Source of the DNA: Bacteroidales bacterium
GTDB taxonomy: Bacteria; Bacteroidota; Bacteroidia; Bacteroidales; GCA-2748055
Assembly (NCBI GenBank): GCA_016936975.1
Contig: JAFGWU010000025.1
Coordinates: forward strand, 361-64,360
DNA: 64,000 nt
Direction: 5' to 3'
Both the position numbers and the translations under genes were made by a program. Of the stretch, positions 28,367-37,818 are shown one piece after another (position 1 is the first letter of the stretch; the number at the start of each line of letters is the position of its first letter). A model generated the notes under the pieces. The model was not told the origin of the DNA. It made no database searches and saw nothing but the letters and a program-made list of their open reading frames with translations.

Positions 28367-28399
28367 ATAGCCGGGCCGAAGGGTCCGGCTATTTTTTTT
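28367..28399 (+). terminator. Rho-independent terminator
   Basis: ATAGCCGGGCC-GAAG-GGTCCGGCTAT hairpin followed by a T-tract; overlaps the stop of the convergent gene. Confidence 0.8.
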
Positions 28400-29309
28400 G
28401 AAATTTCAGGAAGGTTCGTTTTTTATCATTTGACAGAAACAGGATATAGAATCCGGCAGGTAAAAAATCGAGATATACAAAACCAGGGCTTATAAAATTC
28501 GGAAGAAACAGGACAACTCTCCCATTTAAGTCATAAACCCGGACCTCTGTATAACTGGATTCTTCGATAATCAGATAGTCGACAGCCGGGTTGGGATAGA
28601 TGAAACCATCTGATTCACTGGCAGACTCGGAGAAAGTAGTAAAAGGAGAATAAACAAAATTCATGATATTATCCACCCACCTGCTATATTGAATCCCTGA
28701 GGGATGAAGTCCATCAGAGGCAACATAATCCGGCCTGTCCAAACCCATTCTCGAAATACCGGTGATATCCACATAGGTAACTCCATATTCCATGGATATC
28801 TGTCTGTTGATGCTGTTATATTGATCAATGCCCGAACTGATCGTTTCGTTCCCGCCACCATAAGGCGTAAAGGCGTAATCGGGAATCGAGAGCACCAGGA
28901 CCCTGCCGGTGTCCCCTCCGGCAATTTGAATGGCTTTGTCAAGAAGATACCGGAAATCCGTCTCATACAGTGCAATATCCATTCCCTGGTACTGGTTATT
29001 GACCCCTATTAAAAGCGAGACCAGATTATAGGCAACGGAGGTATCCAGGGATGCATTGATAGCTTCTTTTAAATTCCGTGTGGTCCATCCGGTCCTTGCA
29101 ATGATATCCAGCCTTTCAACTTCAGTACCATTACTCTTAAGCTTTTCAGTAAATTGAACCGGCCACCTCTCCGACTCTCCCACACTGGCTCCGATGGTAT
29201 AGGAGTCTCCCAATGCAAGCATCCTCACCGGAGGTTCTACCAGCAAAAGCTGGGCGGAGAGGATTGCTCCCTTCAACAATAGAAGGGTTAGTGTAATCAG
29301 ATTCTTCAT
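28389..29309 (-). CDS. SGNH/GDSL hydrolase with T9SS C-terminal domain
   Basis: LGDSYT, GWTT, GVNNQY and DGLHPS; CTD IYPNPA...YDLNGR...GFYIL. Confidence 0.88.
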   Translation of the reverse strand: MKNLITLTLLLLKGAILSAQLLLVEPPVRMLALGDSYTIGASVGESERWPVQFTEKLKSNGTEVERLDIIARTGWTTRNLKEAINASLDTSVAYNLVSLLIGVNNQYQGMDIALYETDFRYLLDKAIQIAGGDTGRVLVLSIPDYAFTPYGGGNETISSGIDQYNSINRQISMEYGVTYVDITGISRMGLDRPDYVASDGLHPSGIQYSRWVDNIMNFVYSPFTTFSESASESDGFIYPNPAVDYLIIEESSYTEVRVYDLNGRVVLFLPNFISPGFVYLDFLPAGFYILFLSNDKKRTFLKFQKK

Positions 29310-29318
29310 GTCATTTCA

Positions 29319-29326
29319 TATATTTG
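29319..29326 (+). promoter_or_regulatory. -7 promoter box (TATATTTG) upstream of marC
   Basis: Matches TAnnTTTG about 195 nt before the ATG. Confidence 0.45.
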
Positions 29327-29522
29327 CAATAACATTTTTTTGGGAATATTGTTTCAGAACCATACTGATTATTAATCCTTGTGGCAATTAGTGTTCAGGG
29401 GTCTCCCTCAGAACTGGCTCCAGAGGGGCCCCGGAAGCCCTTAACAACTGGTAAAAAAAGAGCTAATTCGGCATCCAGGGAAAAACCTGAAAAACCTGAT
29501 TCAACATACTAACGATTAACGA

Positions 29523-30107
29523 ATGGATATGCACCTAAGTTTTATGGAGATCCTGGCATCGTTTATGGTGCTGTTCGCCATCATTGACATATTCGGGTCG
29601 ATTCCGATAATCCTGGATATTAAATCGAAGACCGGGACGCTGCAGGTTATGAAGACCACCCTGGTGGCATACGGCATCATGCTGTTGTTCCTCTTTATTG
29701 GGGAACCGCTTCTCGGGATTTTTGGAGTCGATATCTCCTCATTTGCCATTGCAGGTTCCTTCATTCTTTTGCTCATGGGAATGGAGATGGTGCTGGGGAT
29801 TGAGTTATTCAAGCATGAATCGGGAGGAACCGGTTCTATTGTACCCATTGCATTCCCCCTGATCGCAGGAGCGGGATCCATTACCACCCTGCTGTCGCTA
29901 AGGGCTGAATACCACTCGGTGAATATATTGATTGCCCTTACTGTGAATATGGTGGTTGTATACCTGGTATTAAGACTCACCTCCTGGTTTGAGAGGTTGT
30001 TAGGGCCGAATGGATTACATATATTAAGAAAGTTCTTCGGAATTATTTTGCTGGCCATCGCCATCAAACTTTTCCTGTCCAATACCGGAATTGAACTCTC
30101 ACATTGA
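29523..30107 (+). CDS. MarC family membrane protein
   Basis: LFAIID..GSIP and IVPIAFPLIAGAG; 6 TM. Confidence 0.9.
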   Translation: MDMHLSFMEILASFMVLFAIIDIFGSIPIILDIKSKTGTLQVMKTTLVAYGIMLLFLFIGEPLLGIFGVDISSFAIAGSFILLLMGMEMVLGIELFKHESGGTGSIVPIAFPLIAGAGSITTLLSLRAEYHSVNILIALTVNMVVVYLVLRLTSWFERLLGPNGLHILRKFFGIILLAIAIKLFLSNTGIELSH

Positions 30108-31283
30108 TTATCCGATTGCGGAGGAAAGTATTCTGTACAACTCGTCACCGGAAAAGGTGACCGGATGAAGTTTATGGGATGTATTCTTAATGACCTTTTC
30201 CAAAGCTGTTTCATTCAATCCAAACTCAGATAATTTAGGTAATTCGAGCATTTTTGAGATATGGTCCAGTTTTTCCTTGAAGGCCATCAGGTATTCTGTT
30301 TCTTCCTTATATTTAAAATCCGAAAACACTTTGCTGGCGATAACCAGTTTTTTATAGGCGGGATTATCTTTCTGATCGATTAACTTATCAATGGTCATTG
30401 AAAAAACGGGTGCCAGAAGCGCCCCACAAACGGCCCCGTGGGGAATCTCATAATAGCCTCCCAGCGGAGAGGCAAATCCATGAACCAGTCCCAATCCGGC
30501 ATTCGTGAGTGTGATTCCTGAAAACATGGCGGCGATTGCCATACCTGCACGGGCCTCAAGGTTTTGATCACCTTCAAGATAAGCTCTTAGCAGGTGCTTC
30601 TTGATTTGCTTGAGCCCTTGAAGGGCAAGGGCGTCAGTAAACGGATTCGACTGGGTTGAGACATAGGATTCAAGCAGCTGACTGAAGGCATCCATTCCAC
30701 TCGTGGCAGTTAACCTGTCTGAACAGGAGATCATCATTTCAGGGTCGATAATAGCATGGTCCGGAATAAAATGATCATGCCGGAGCGATTTTTTAAATCC
30801 TGCCTCCCCGACCTCCGAGATAACCGCATTTTTGGTCATCTCACTTCCTGTTCCAGAGGTCGTGGGCATCGCAATAAACGGAACTTTCGATCCTGGGTGC
30901 TTCAGGTCACCTATGTCTTCAAGATATCTTTTTATTCCGTATTCCACCAATAAAAGGGCGGAAACGGCCTTGCCGGCATCCATCACACTGCCTCCTCCAA
31001 CTGCAACAACCACCTCAATACCGGAGTGCCTGTACCTGGAGACAATCTCATCCACCAGCTCCGGCGAAGGTTCTCGTGCCACCAACTCATGAGTAAGGTT
31101 AATATCCGCCTGCTTCAGTCCATTGAGGATCTCTTCCCCGTGACCGGCGTTGTGGATAGAGGAGGAACCCGTCAGAATCAGGACCCCGGAACCATACTCC
31201 CTGGCTATTCCCGGCAGGATACTTCTTTTCCCGGCACCAAAATGAATGACAGGTAACGTGGAAAACTTAAATGATGGTATCAT
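30108..31283 (-). CDS. Iron-containing alcohol dehydrogenase
   Basis: GGGSVMDAGK, PTTSGTGSE and GLVHG...PHG. Confidence 0.9.
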   Translation of the reverse strand: MIPSFKFSTLPVIHFGAGKRSILPGIAREYGSGVLILTGSSSIHNAGHGEEILNGLKQADINLTHELVAREPSPELVDEIVSRYRHSGIEVVVAVGGGSVMDAGKAVSALLLVEYGIKRYLEDIGDLKHPGSKVPFIAMPTTSGTGSEMTKNAVISEVGEAGFKKSLRHDHFIPDHAIIDPEMMISCSDRLTATSGMDAFSQLLESYVSTQSNPFTDALALQGLKQIKKHLLRAYLEGDQNLEARAGMAIAAMFSGITLTNAGLGLVHGFASPLGGYYEIPHGAVCGALLAPVFSMTIDKLIDQKDNPAYKKLVIASKVFSDFKYKEETEYLMAFKEKLDHISKMLELPKLSEFGLNETALEKVIKNTSHKLHPVTFSGDELYRILSSAIG

Positions 31284-31306
31284 GACAATTAAGTTTCTGT
31301 AAATAT

Positions 31307-31344
31307 AAAAAAAATGAAAGCCACTGTGAAAGCGGCTTTCATTT
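31307..31344 (-). terminator. Rho-independent terminator after tRNA-Arg
   Basis: Minus strand AAATGAAAGCCGCT-TTCAC-AGTGGCTTTCATTTTTTTT. Confidence 0.8.
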
Positions 31345-31362
31345 CTTTAATAAACCCTCCGG

Positions 31363-31436
31363 TGATTCCGGCGCGATTCGAACGCGCGACCCACAGCTTA
31401 GAAGGCTGTTGCTCTATCCAACTGAGCTACGGAACC
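31363..31436 (-). tRNA. tRNA-Arg (anticodon TCT)
   Basis: Cloverleaf: GGTTCCG/CGGAATC acceptor, GCTC/GAGC D-arm, ACAGC-CTTCTAA-GCTGT anticodon arm, GCGCG-TTCGAAT-CGCGC T-arm; CCA not fully encoded. Confidence 0.96.
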
Positions 31437-31528
31437 ATTTTATTTCACAATTAATACATGCAAATATGGGTCCGGAATAAGCTTACTGCCTCCCGGAGAA
31501 GAGCCTGACAGTTTCCCGTCAGGCGGTG

Positions 31529-31536
31529 CAAATATA
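31529..31536 (-). promoter_or_regulatory. -7 promoter box (TATATTTG) for tRNA-Arg
   Basis: Matches TAnnTTTG about 92 nt upstream of the tRNA. Confidence 0.6.
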
Positions 31537-31560
31537 AGAAAATTGAGAAAATAAGAGTAA

Positions 31561-33333
31561 TCAGTTCCTTTTAATCCAGTTCACTAATCCTTTTACACTG
31601 AGTATCTCCAGCAATTTATCGGGAAGCGGCTGAAAGGAGTAGACACGATCCCCTATAAAAATGTTACCCCCTGTAAAATCAATATCCAGCGGCTCGCCCC
31701 TCCTGTAACTGGCAACCGCTTCAGGATGGACAATGAGAGGTAATCCCTGATTGATAGATGACCTGAAGAATATACGATTTACAGATTTCACTATCACTGC
31801 TTTCACACCGGCATGCACCAATCCGACAGCCGGATGCTCCCTTGAACTCCCGCATCCAAAATTTTCACCGGCCAATATTACATCTCCTTCCCTAACCTCT
31901 TTGGAAAAACGCGGATCAAAACCTTCAAAAAGATGCGGGAGGATTGCCTCAGGGTCTGAACTCAGAACATTATAGGTCAGGTTTCCGGCAAACATCTGGT
32001 CGGTGTTGAAATGATCCGTATCGGAATAGTCCCATACATCGTTGTGCCGCCGTTTATCCTCCGGAGCAATTTCAGTGGTAAGCGACTGCTCCCCTGCAAA
32101 GGGGAACTGTTCCGAACCCGGAGTGGACCTGGGATCCTGAATCCTGCCGAACAGGGCACTGTATGCCACCGTAGCAGGAGATGCGAGGAAGATTTCAGCA
32201 TTCTTATTTCCCATTCTGCCTAAGAAGTTTCTGTTGGCAGTGGATATAACCCGAAACCCATCGGCCGGGATACCCTGACCGGTTCCCAGGCATGGGCCAC
32301 AGGAAGCACTGAGAACGTTTGCGCCTGCCTTAAGAAATATGGTAATCAGGCCTTCTTCAACAGCCTGCAAATATATATCCCTGGAGGCAGGAACAATCAG
32401 CAGCTGAAAACCAGGTGACACCTTCCTCCCATCAAGAATAGCTGCTGCCTCACGTAAATCCTCAATTCTTCCATTGGTACAGGTCCCGATCAATCCCTGG
32501 TGAACCTCTGTACCGGCAACCTCTGCCACGGCTTTGATGTTATCCACATGATGGGGAGCAGCCACCAGCGGAAAGACCTCATCCAGATGAATAAGAATCT
32601 CATCTGCATACACGGCGTCCGGGTCCGCCCACACTCCTTCAACCTTTTCTCCAAGGTAATCCTGCAAAATCCCATCACAGGGAAATACCGCATTCTTGGC
32701 GCCCATTTCCGAAGCAAGGTTTGCCAGCGTCATTCTATCTGATATGGAAAGAGAGGCACATCCGTCACCATGAAATTCCATGGAATTGTAATTTGCACCG
32801 GAGGAACCAATTATTCCGATTATCCAGAGTGAAAGGTCTTTTGCATATACCCTGTCATTGAGCTTTCCCTGCAGGGATATCTTAAGGGTTTCAGGAACCC
32901 TGAACCATGTTTCTCCGCGCTTCCACAACCCGGCGGTCTCGGTACGGTCAATTCCTACAGCCAGGGTATTAAAAGCTCCTGCCGTACAGGTATGACTGTC
33001 ACTTCCCACGATGATCATGCCGGGCCGGGCATGCCGGGCCATCATCTGATGGCAGATTCCGGCCCCTGCATCATAGAATTTCTTAATCTTCTGTTCCCCG
33101 ACAAACTCCCGGATCTCTTTATAGCTGTTGGCAAGGGCAGCAGTGGTCGGAGGCGCGTTATGGTCGAGCACAACCAGAAGCTGATCGGGATCCAGCACAT
33201 CCGTACCTCCCATTTTCAAAAATGTTTTCTTGATGCTTGCCGTATTGTCGTGCGAGAGAACGATATCCGGTTTTCGGAATACAATTGACCCTGCAGGGGC
33301 ACCCAGTATTTTTTCAACGAAGGTCTTTCCCAT
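31561..33333 (-). CDS. Single-chain (fused large+small subunit) homoaconitase/isopropylmalate dehydratase family enzyme
   Basis: SHDN, LDH, GICHQ, DSHT, GTCTNGR, SCGPCLG, NRNF.GRMG and swivel-domain NFGCGSSREH. Confidence 0.88.
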   Translation of the reverse strand: MGKTFVEKILGAPAGSIVFRKPDIVLSHDNTASIKKTFLKMGGTDVLDPDQLLVVLDHNAPPTTAALANSYKEIREFVGEQKIKKFYDAGAGICHQMMARHARPGMIIVGSDSHTCTAGAFNTLAVGIDRTETAGLWKRGETWFRVPETLKISLQGKLNDRVYAKDLSLWIIGIIGSSGANYNSMEFHGDGCASLSISDRMTLANLASEMGAKNAVFPCDGILQDYLGEKVEGVWADPDAVYADEILIHLDEVFPLVAAPHHVDNIKAVAEVAGTEVHQGLIGTCTNGRIEDLREAAAILDGRKVSPGFQLLIVPASRDIYLQAVEEGLITIFLKAGANVLSASCGPCLGTGQGIPADGFRVISTANRNFLGRMGNKNAEIFLASPATVAYSALFGRIQDPRSTPGSEQFPFAGEQSLTTEIAPEDKRRHNDVWDYSDTDHFNTDQMFAGNLTYNVLSSDPEAILPHLFEGFDPRFSKEVREGDVILAGENFGCGSSREHPAVGLVHAGVKAVIVKSVNRIFFRSSINQGLPLIVHPEAVASYRRGEPLDIDFTGGNIFIGDRVYSFQPLPDKLLEILSVKGLVNWIKRN

Positions 33334-33337
33334 AAGA

Positions 33338-34372
33338 TTAAATCAACCTGATGTTGCACTTCCGGCAATGATCGACCATCTCTCCGGGCCAGATTGCCGA
33401 TTGTATTTCGCCGATATGAGCTTTCTGCAACAGGATCATTGCAGTCCTGGACTGCCCGATTCCCCCTCCAATAGCATGCGGCAATTCATCGTTGAGCAGC
33501 CTGCGGTGGAACATCAGATCCTTCCGATCCAATTCACCGGCGATTTCCAGTTGTTTCAAAAGTTCTTCCCTGTCTACGCGAATGCCCATGGAAGTAAGTT
33601 CACAGGCGCATTTCAGCACACTGTTCCAGACAATGATATCCCCGTTCAAACCTTTAAATCCTTTTTCCGTTTCCGTAGACCAATCATCATAATCGGAAGC
33701 CCTCCGGTCATGAGGTTTTCCGTCTGGCAATTCGGAACCGATGCCTATGATGAATACTGCCCCGTACTTTTCGGCTATTTTATCCTCCCTTTCTGCTGCT
33801 GGAATATCCGGATACATTTCAAAGAGCTCTTCCGAATGTATGAAGGTAATCTCTTCCGGTAAACGCGGTGTGATATGGGGGTAAAAGGTATGAATAAAGA
33901 ATTCACTTCGCTTGATATTGTCCCAAACCTTCAGGGCGGTCCGTTTTAAATAATCCAGGTTACGATCTTCCAATGATATGGCTTTTTCCCAGTCCCATTG
34001 GTCCACATATATCGAGTGCATGTTATCAAGCTCCTCATCAGGGCGAAGTGCATTCATGTCCGTAAAAATTCCGTAACCGGTTTGTATGTCGTAATCCCGG
34101 AGCATCATCCGTTTCCATTTTGCCAGAGATTGAACCACTTCTGCTTCCATATCCCTCAAATCTTTCATTTTAAATTTGATGGGGTGTTCAATCCCGGTCA
34201 GGTAATCATTTAATCCGGTTCCACTCAGCAGAAACAGGGGGGCAGTCACCCTTCTCAGCCGCAGGTCGTTGGATAAACCATCCTCGAACTGATCCTTCAG
34301 CAGTTCAATAGCCCTTTCTGTCTGCTTTAATCCGATTAAAGGAGCGTATCCTTCCGGTAATATCAGTCTCAT
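33338..34372 (-). CDS. asnA: Aspartate--ammonia ligase
   Basis: QSLAKWKR, HSIYVDQWDWE, RASDYDDW and IGGGIGQSR. Confidence 0.95.
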   Translation of the reverse strand: MRLILPEGYAPLIGLKQTERAIELLKDQFEDGLSNDLRLRRVTAPLFLLSGTGLNDYLTGIEHPIKFKMKDLRDMEAEVVQSLAKWKRMMLRDYDIQTGYGIFTDMNALRPDEELDNMHSIYVDQWDWEKAISLEDRNLDYLKRTALKVWDNIKRSEFFIHTFYPHITPRLPEEITFIHSEELFEMYPDIPAAEREDKIAEKYGAVFIIGIGSELPDGKPHDRRASDYDDWSTETEKGFKGLNGDIIVWNSVLKCACELTSMGIRVDREELLKQLEIAGELDRKDLMFHRRLLNDELPHAIGGGIGQSRTAMILLQKAHIGEIQSAIWPGEMVDHCRKCNIRLI

Positions 34373-34384
34373 AGGTAAAAAATT

Positions 34385-36190
34385 TTAAAATAATCCGTTA
34401 TTTTGATACAGTTCCATCTGAATTTCCGAAAATGGTTCGGCCTGAATGCTCATGCCGTTTCGCAGATTCTGAATGATCCCTGTTTTAAAATTGACCCTGA
34501 GTTCATCTCCCTGTTTGAGCTTAAGGGTCTTGATATCCCTGCAAATTATAACCGGAAGGGCTGCATTGATTGCATTCCGTTCATAGATAGCCCCAAAAGA
34601 CTCTGCAATAATGCACCCGATACCCAGGGATAAAAAACAGTCAACAGCCTGCTGACGGGAACTTCCCGAACCAAAATTCTTACCTGCAACAATAATGTCC
34701 CCGGCCCTGGCATTTGCGGCAAACTCTTCATATCCCTCAAGATTATCCAGCGCAAATTTACCCATTTCCCCAATAGCCGTAACAGTCAGGTACCTGTTAT
34801 GATAGATCATATCGGTATCAATATTGTCTTTTTCAATATACCATGTTTTTCCGGTAATCTCAAAAGGTTTCTCTCCTTGCACCTGTTTAGAGGTAGAATC
34901 TTCCTCCTTTTGCAAGACTTCCTTAAAACTACGAACAGGTGGCTTTTCAGGAATGGAATCCATATCGGTAATAAACCCTGAAACGGCGGAAGCTGCCACC
35001 GTTGCCGGAGAAGCCAGGTACACGCTTCCCTGACCCTGCTTTCCGGGAAAATTTCTGTTACCTGTGCTGATTGTCACTTCTCCCGGTCCGTTCTGGCCTA
35101 CCTGACCGGCTGCACATCCAGCACATCCTGCATTCGAAACCAAAGCCCCCGATTCCTTGAATATCTCTATCAATCCCTCCTCAAGGCACTGGTTCCATAC
35201 CCGGTCAGTAGCCGGAACAATCTTTAAAACAACCCCATCCGCAACGTGTCGCCCCCTGAGTATCGAGGCAGCTTCCCGCAGATCCTCAATCCTGCCGTTG
35301 GTACAGCTTCCAATAAATGCAGAATCTATCCAAATCCGGTCTGCCGGAATGAGAGCCGTATCATGCGGTTTTCCGGGCAGAGAAATCCTTGTCTTGAAAT
35401 CTGAAACATCAATTTTATGAACCATAGCATATTCAGCGTCCGGATCGGCAAAAACCGGAACAATTTTCCGTCCTGTCCGTGACTCGCAGTAACGAATGAC
35501 CTCAGGATTCGGTGGAAACAGGATGGTTATGGCTCCCAGTTCCGTGGCCATACTGGCAATGGTCAATCGTTCATCCAGTGACAGGTTTTGAACAAATTCC
35601 CCTTCAATCTCCACGGAATATCCCAGTAAAGTATTGGCTCCGAACAGATCCAGGAGATTTAAGACAATATCTTTCGCACTTATCTTTTTATGCGGCTTTC
35701 CTTCCAGGATCATTTTTACCGATGGAGGCACCTTGAACCAGATTTTTCCTTTATGCCATGCAGCCGCAATATCCTTATCCCCCATTCCCTGCCCGAATGC
35801 ACCGATTGCACCAAGAATATTTGCGTGTGAATCGGTCGAAACAGCTGTCGAACCGGGAACTACGAGTCCCTCCTCAATCATCAGATGCGTCCCGATCCCT
35901 CTGTCAATATCATAAACCCTTATCCTATGTTTACGGGCAAATACTCTGCATTTATGCTGGTTTGCCGCATATTTTTGATCGGAGCCCGTGGGATTGCAAT
36001 CGAAAGTAAAAAACGTTTTATCCGGATCATCAATGTCAAGATTGTATTTCTCTATATTGTTGACCACATTGGCACCTCCAAAATCCCTGGCCACTCTGGC
36101 ATCGATGCGAACATCCAGGATATCTCCCGGAAATATCATTTTCCGGCCGCTGTGAGAAGCCAGAATCTTTTCAATTACAGTCAACCCCAT
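34385..36190 (-). CDS. Second single-chain LeuC/LeuD-type aconitase-family protein with atypical active site
   Basis: DSH, GSCTNGR, GCAGC, NRNFPG and NIDTD present; variants RDFGG, FDC, GIGTH and GSGSSRQQ. Confidence 0.85.
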   Translation of the reverse strand: MGLTVIEKILASHSGRKMIFPGDILDVRIDARVARDFGGANVVNNIEKYNLDIDDPDKTFFTFDCNPTGSDQKYAANQHKCRVFARKHRIRVYDIDRGIGTHLMIEEGLVVPGSTAVSTDSHANILGAIGAFGQGMGDKDIAAAWHKGKIWFKVPPSVKMILEGKPHKKISAKDIVLNLLDLFGANTLLGYSVEIEGEFVQNLSLDERLTIASMATELGAITILFPPNPEVIRYCESRTGRKIVPVFADPDAEYAMVHKIDVSDFKTRISLPGKPHDTALIPADRIWIDSAFIGSCTNGRIEDLREAASILRGRHVADGVVLKIVPATDRVWNQCLEEGLIEIFKESGALVSNAGCAGCAAGQVGQNGPGEVTISTGNRNFPGKQGQGSVYLASPATVAASAVSGFITDMDSIPEKPPVRSFKEVLQKEEDSTSKQVQGEKPFEITGKTWYIEKDNIDTDMIYHNRYLTVTAIGEMGKFALDNLEGYEEFAANARAGDIIVAGKNFGSGSSRQQAVDCFLSLGIGCIIAESFGAIYERNAINAALPVIICRDIKTLKLKQGDELRVNFKTGIIQNLRNGMSIQAEPFSEIQMELYQNNGLF

Positions 36191-36258
36191 GTCATCTAAT
36201 TTTCGTCAAAGATACGTACATTGAGATTGTGCCGGATATATTATAAAACATTTCCGGA

Positions 36259-37020
36259 TCAGATTTCCACTACCAGTCCGTCATAGGCAGCTGTTATGCC
36301 CTCCGGTAAGTCTTTGCAGAAATCCTCATGCCGGCCCATCTGGTGGGAAATATGGGTCAGAAGACCGTATTCAGGATTCAGTTCATTTATGAGTTCAACC
36401 GCCTCTGAAAGGGTAAAATGCGAAATATGTTTCTCCCTTCTCAGCGCATTAACAACCAGGACCTTTAATCCTTTTAATTTTGCTTTCTCTGATTCGGGTA
36501 TGAAATTCGCATCCGTGATGTAGGCAAAATTATCTATCCTGAAGCCCAGAACCGGAAGATGGTAATGCATAACCCGAATGGGCACAATGAGTATATCTTC
36601 CACATGAAAAGGAATCACGGAAATGATATGTTCATTTATCCGGGGTATGCCCGGATAATTCTTCCCGGCAAAAACATATGGAAATTCATACTTCAAAGCT
36701 TTGAAAACACTCTCCTCTGCAAACACATCCATGGATTGTTTCTGAAGATAATTGAAGGCTCTTATATCATCCAATCCGGCAATGTGGTCCCTGTGCTCAT
36801 GGGTGAAAACCACAGCATCGAGCCTCGTAACTGCATGACGCAGCATCTGCTGACGAAAATCAGGACCGGTATCGACCACTATTTTCCTGCCATCCATCTC
36901 CACCAGGATGGAGGAGCGGAGTCGATTATCCCGGGGATCCGTTGATTTGCATGTTTCACAGCTGCACCCAATAACCGGGATTCCCTGCGATGTACCGGTT
37001 CCCAGAAAAGTTACCTTCAA
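36259..37020 (-). CDS. MBL-fold metallo-hydrolase (PhnP-like)
   Basis: LGTGTS.GIP, DTGPDFRQQ, THEHRDH and THISH; TTG start. Confidence 0.9.
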   Translation of the reverse strand: MKVTFLGTGTSQGIPVIGCSCETCKSTDPRDNRLRSSILVEMDGRKIVVDTGPDFRQQMLRHAVTRLDAVVFTHEHRDHIAGLDDIRAFNYLQKQSMDVFAEESVFKALKYEFPYVFAGKNYPGIPRINEHIISVIPFHVEDILIVPIRVMHYHLPVLGFRIDNFAYITDANFIPESEKAKLKGLKVLVVNALRREKHISHFTLSEAVELINELNPEYGLLTHISHQMGRHEDFCKDLPEGITAAYDGLVVEI

Positions 37021-37082
37021 TTGTTATCTTATTTATATGAGCATTTTCACGAAGTTATAACTAATTTTAGAAAAAAATAGGT

Positions 37083-37790
37083 ATGAAGGGAACTCTCTAT
37101 CTCATCCCCAACACCCTTGGAAATCCTGATCCCCGGCTTACAATCCCTGAGTCGGTGAGCCGGCTTGCCACACGATTGTCCGTTTTCATTGTTGAAGATT
37201 TAAGGAATGCCAGAAGGTATTTGAAAAAGCTTGACCCTGATTTGGATATCGACGCATTGAAATTCCACATTATGAACGAGCATACCCCCGATGGGGAGCT
37301 GCATGGAATGCTTACTGAACTGATGCAGGGTGATTCAGCCGGAATAATCAGTGAAGCAGGGATGCCGGGAATTGCGGATCCCGGAGCAAAGCTGGTGAAA
37401 CTGGCTCATGAAAACGATATCAGGGTGTTACCTTTAACAGGCCCCTCTTCTATAATGATGGCCCTGATGGCTTCCGGATTGAACGGACAGCAATTCCGGT
37501 TCCTTGGATATCTGCCTGTTAAAAAGCCGGAACGTATAAAAATGCTGGTTGAACTGGACAGAATCATTTCAGGAAGCCATGAGACACAAATATTTATTGA
37601 AACTCCCTACAGAAATAATGCGCTTTTTGATGATATAGTAAAACATTGTAATCCGGCCACGTTATTAACCATTGCGCTGGATATCTCATTGGAATCGGAG
37701 GAGATACACACCTGGTCCATCGGAACATGGAAGGCGAAAAAACCGGAACTTCATAAACGTCCGGCCGTATTCCTTTTGGGAGAGTCATAA
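37083..37790 (+). CDS. RsmI-like tetrapyrrole-methylase-family SAM methyltransferase
   Basis: LYLIPNTLG, SEAGMPGIADPG, GPSS and FIETPYRN. Confidence 0.85.
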   Translation: MKGTLYLIPNTLGNPDPRLTIPESVSRLATRLSVFIVEDLRNARRYLKKLDPDLDIDALKFHIMNEHTPDGELHGMLTELMQGDSAGIISEAGMPGIADPGAKLVKLAHENDIRVLPLTGPSSIMMALMASGLNGQQFRFLGYLPVKKPERIKMLVELDRIISGSHETQIFIETPYRNNALFDDIVKHCNPATLLTIALDISLESEEIHTWSIGTWKAKKPELHKRPAVFLLGES

Positions 37791-37818
37791 GGGATATCCA
37801 GCAAAACTTGCATAAATT

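Noticed and set aside
29516-30214. 232-aa antisense ORF over marC (likewise 11751..12662, 47305..48063 and 63274..63912)
   Set aside because: These are shadow ORFs opposite well-supported genes and carry no recognisable motifs
31284-31560. tRNA-Arg as an integration site for an island
   Set aside because: No integrase, no duplicated tRNA 3' end noticed, and the flanks are metabolic genes
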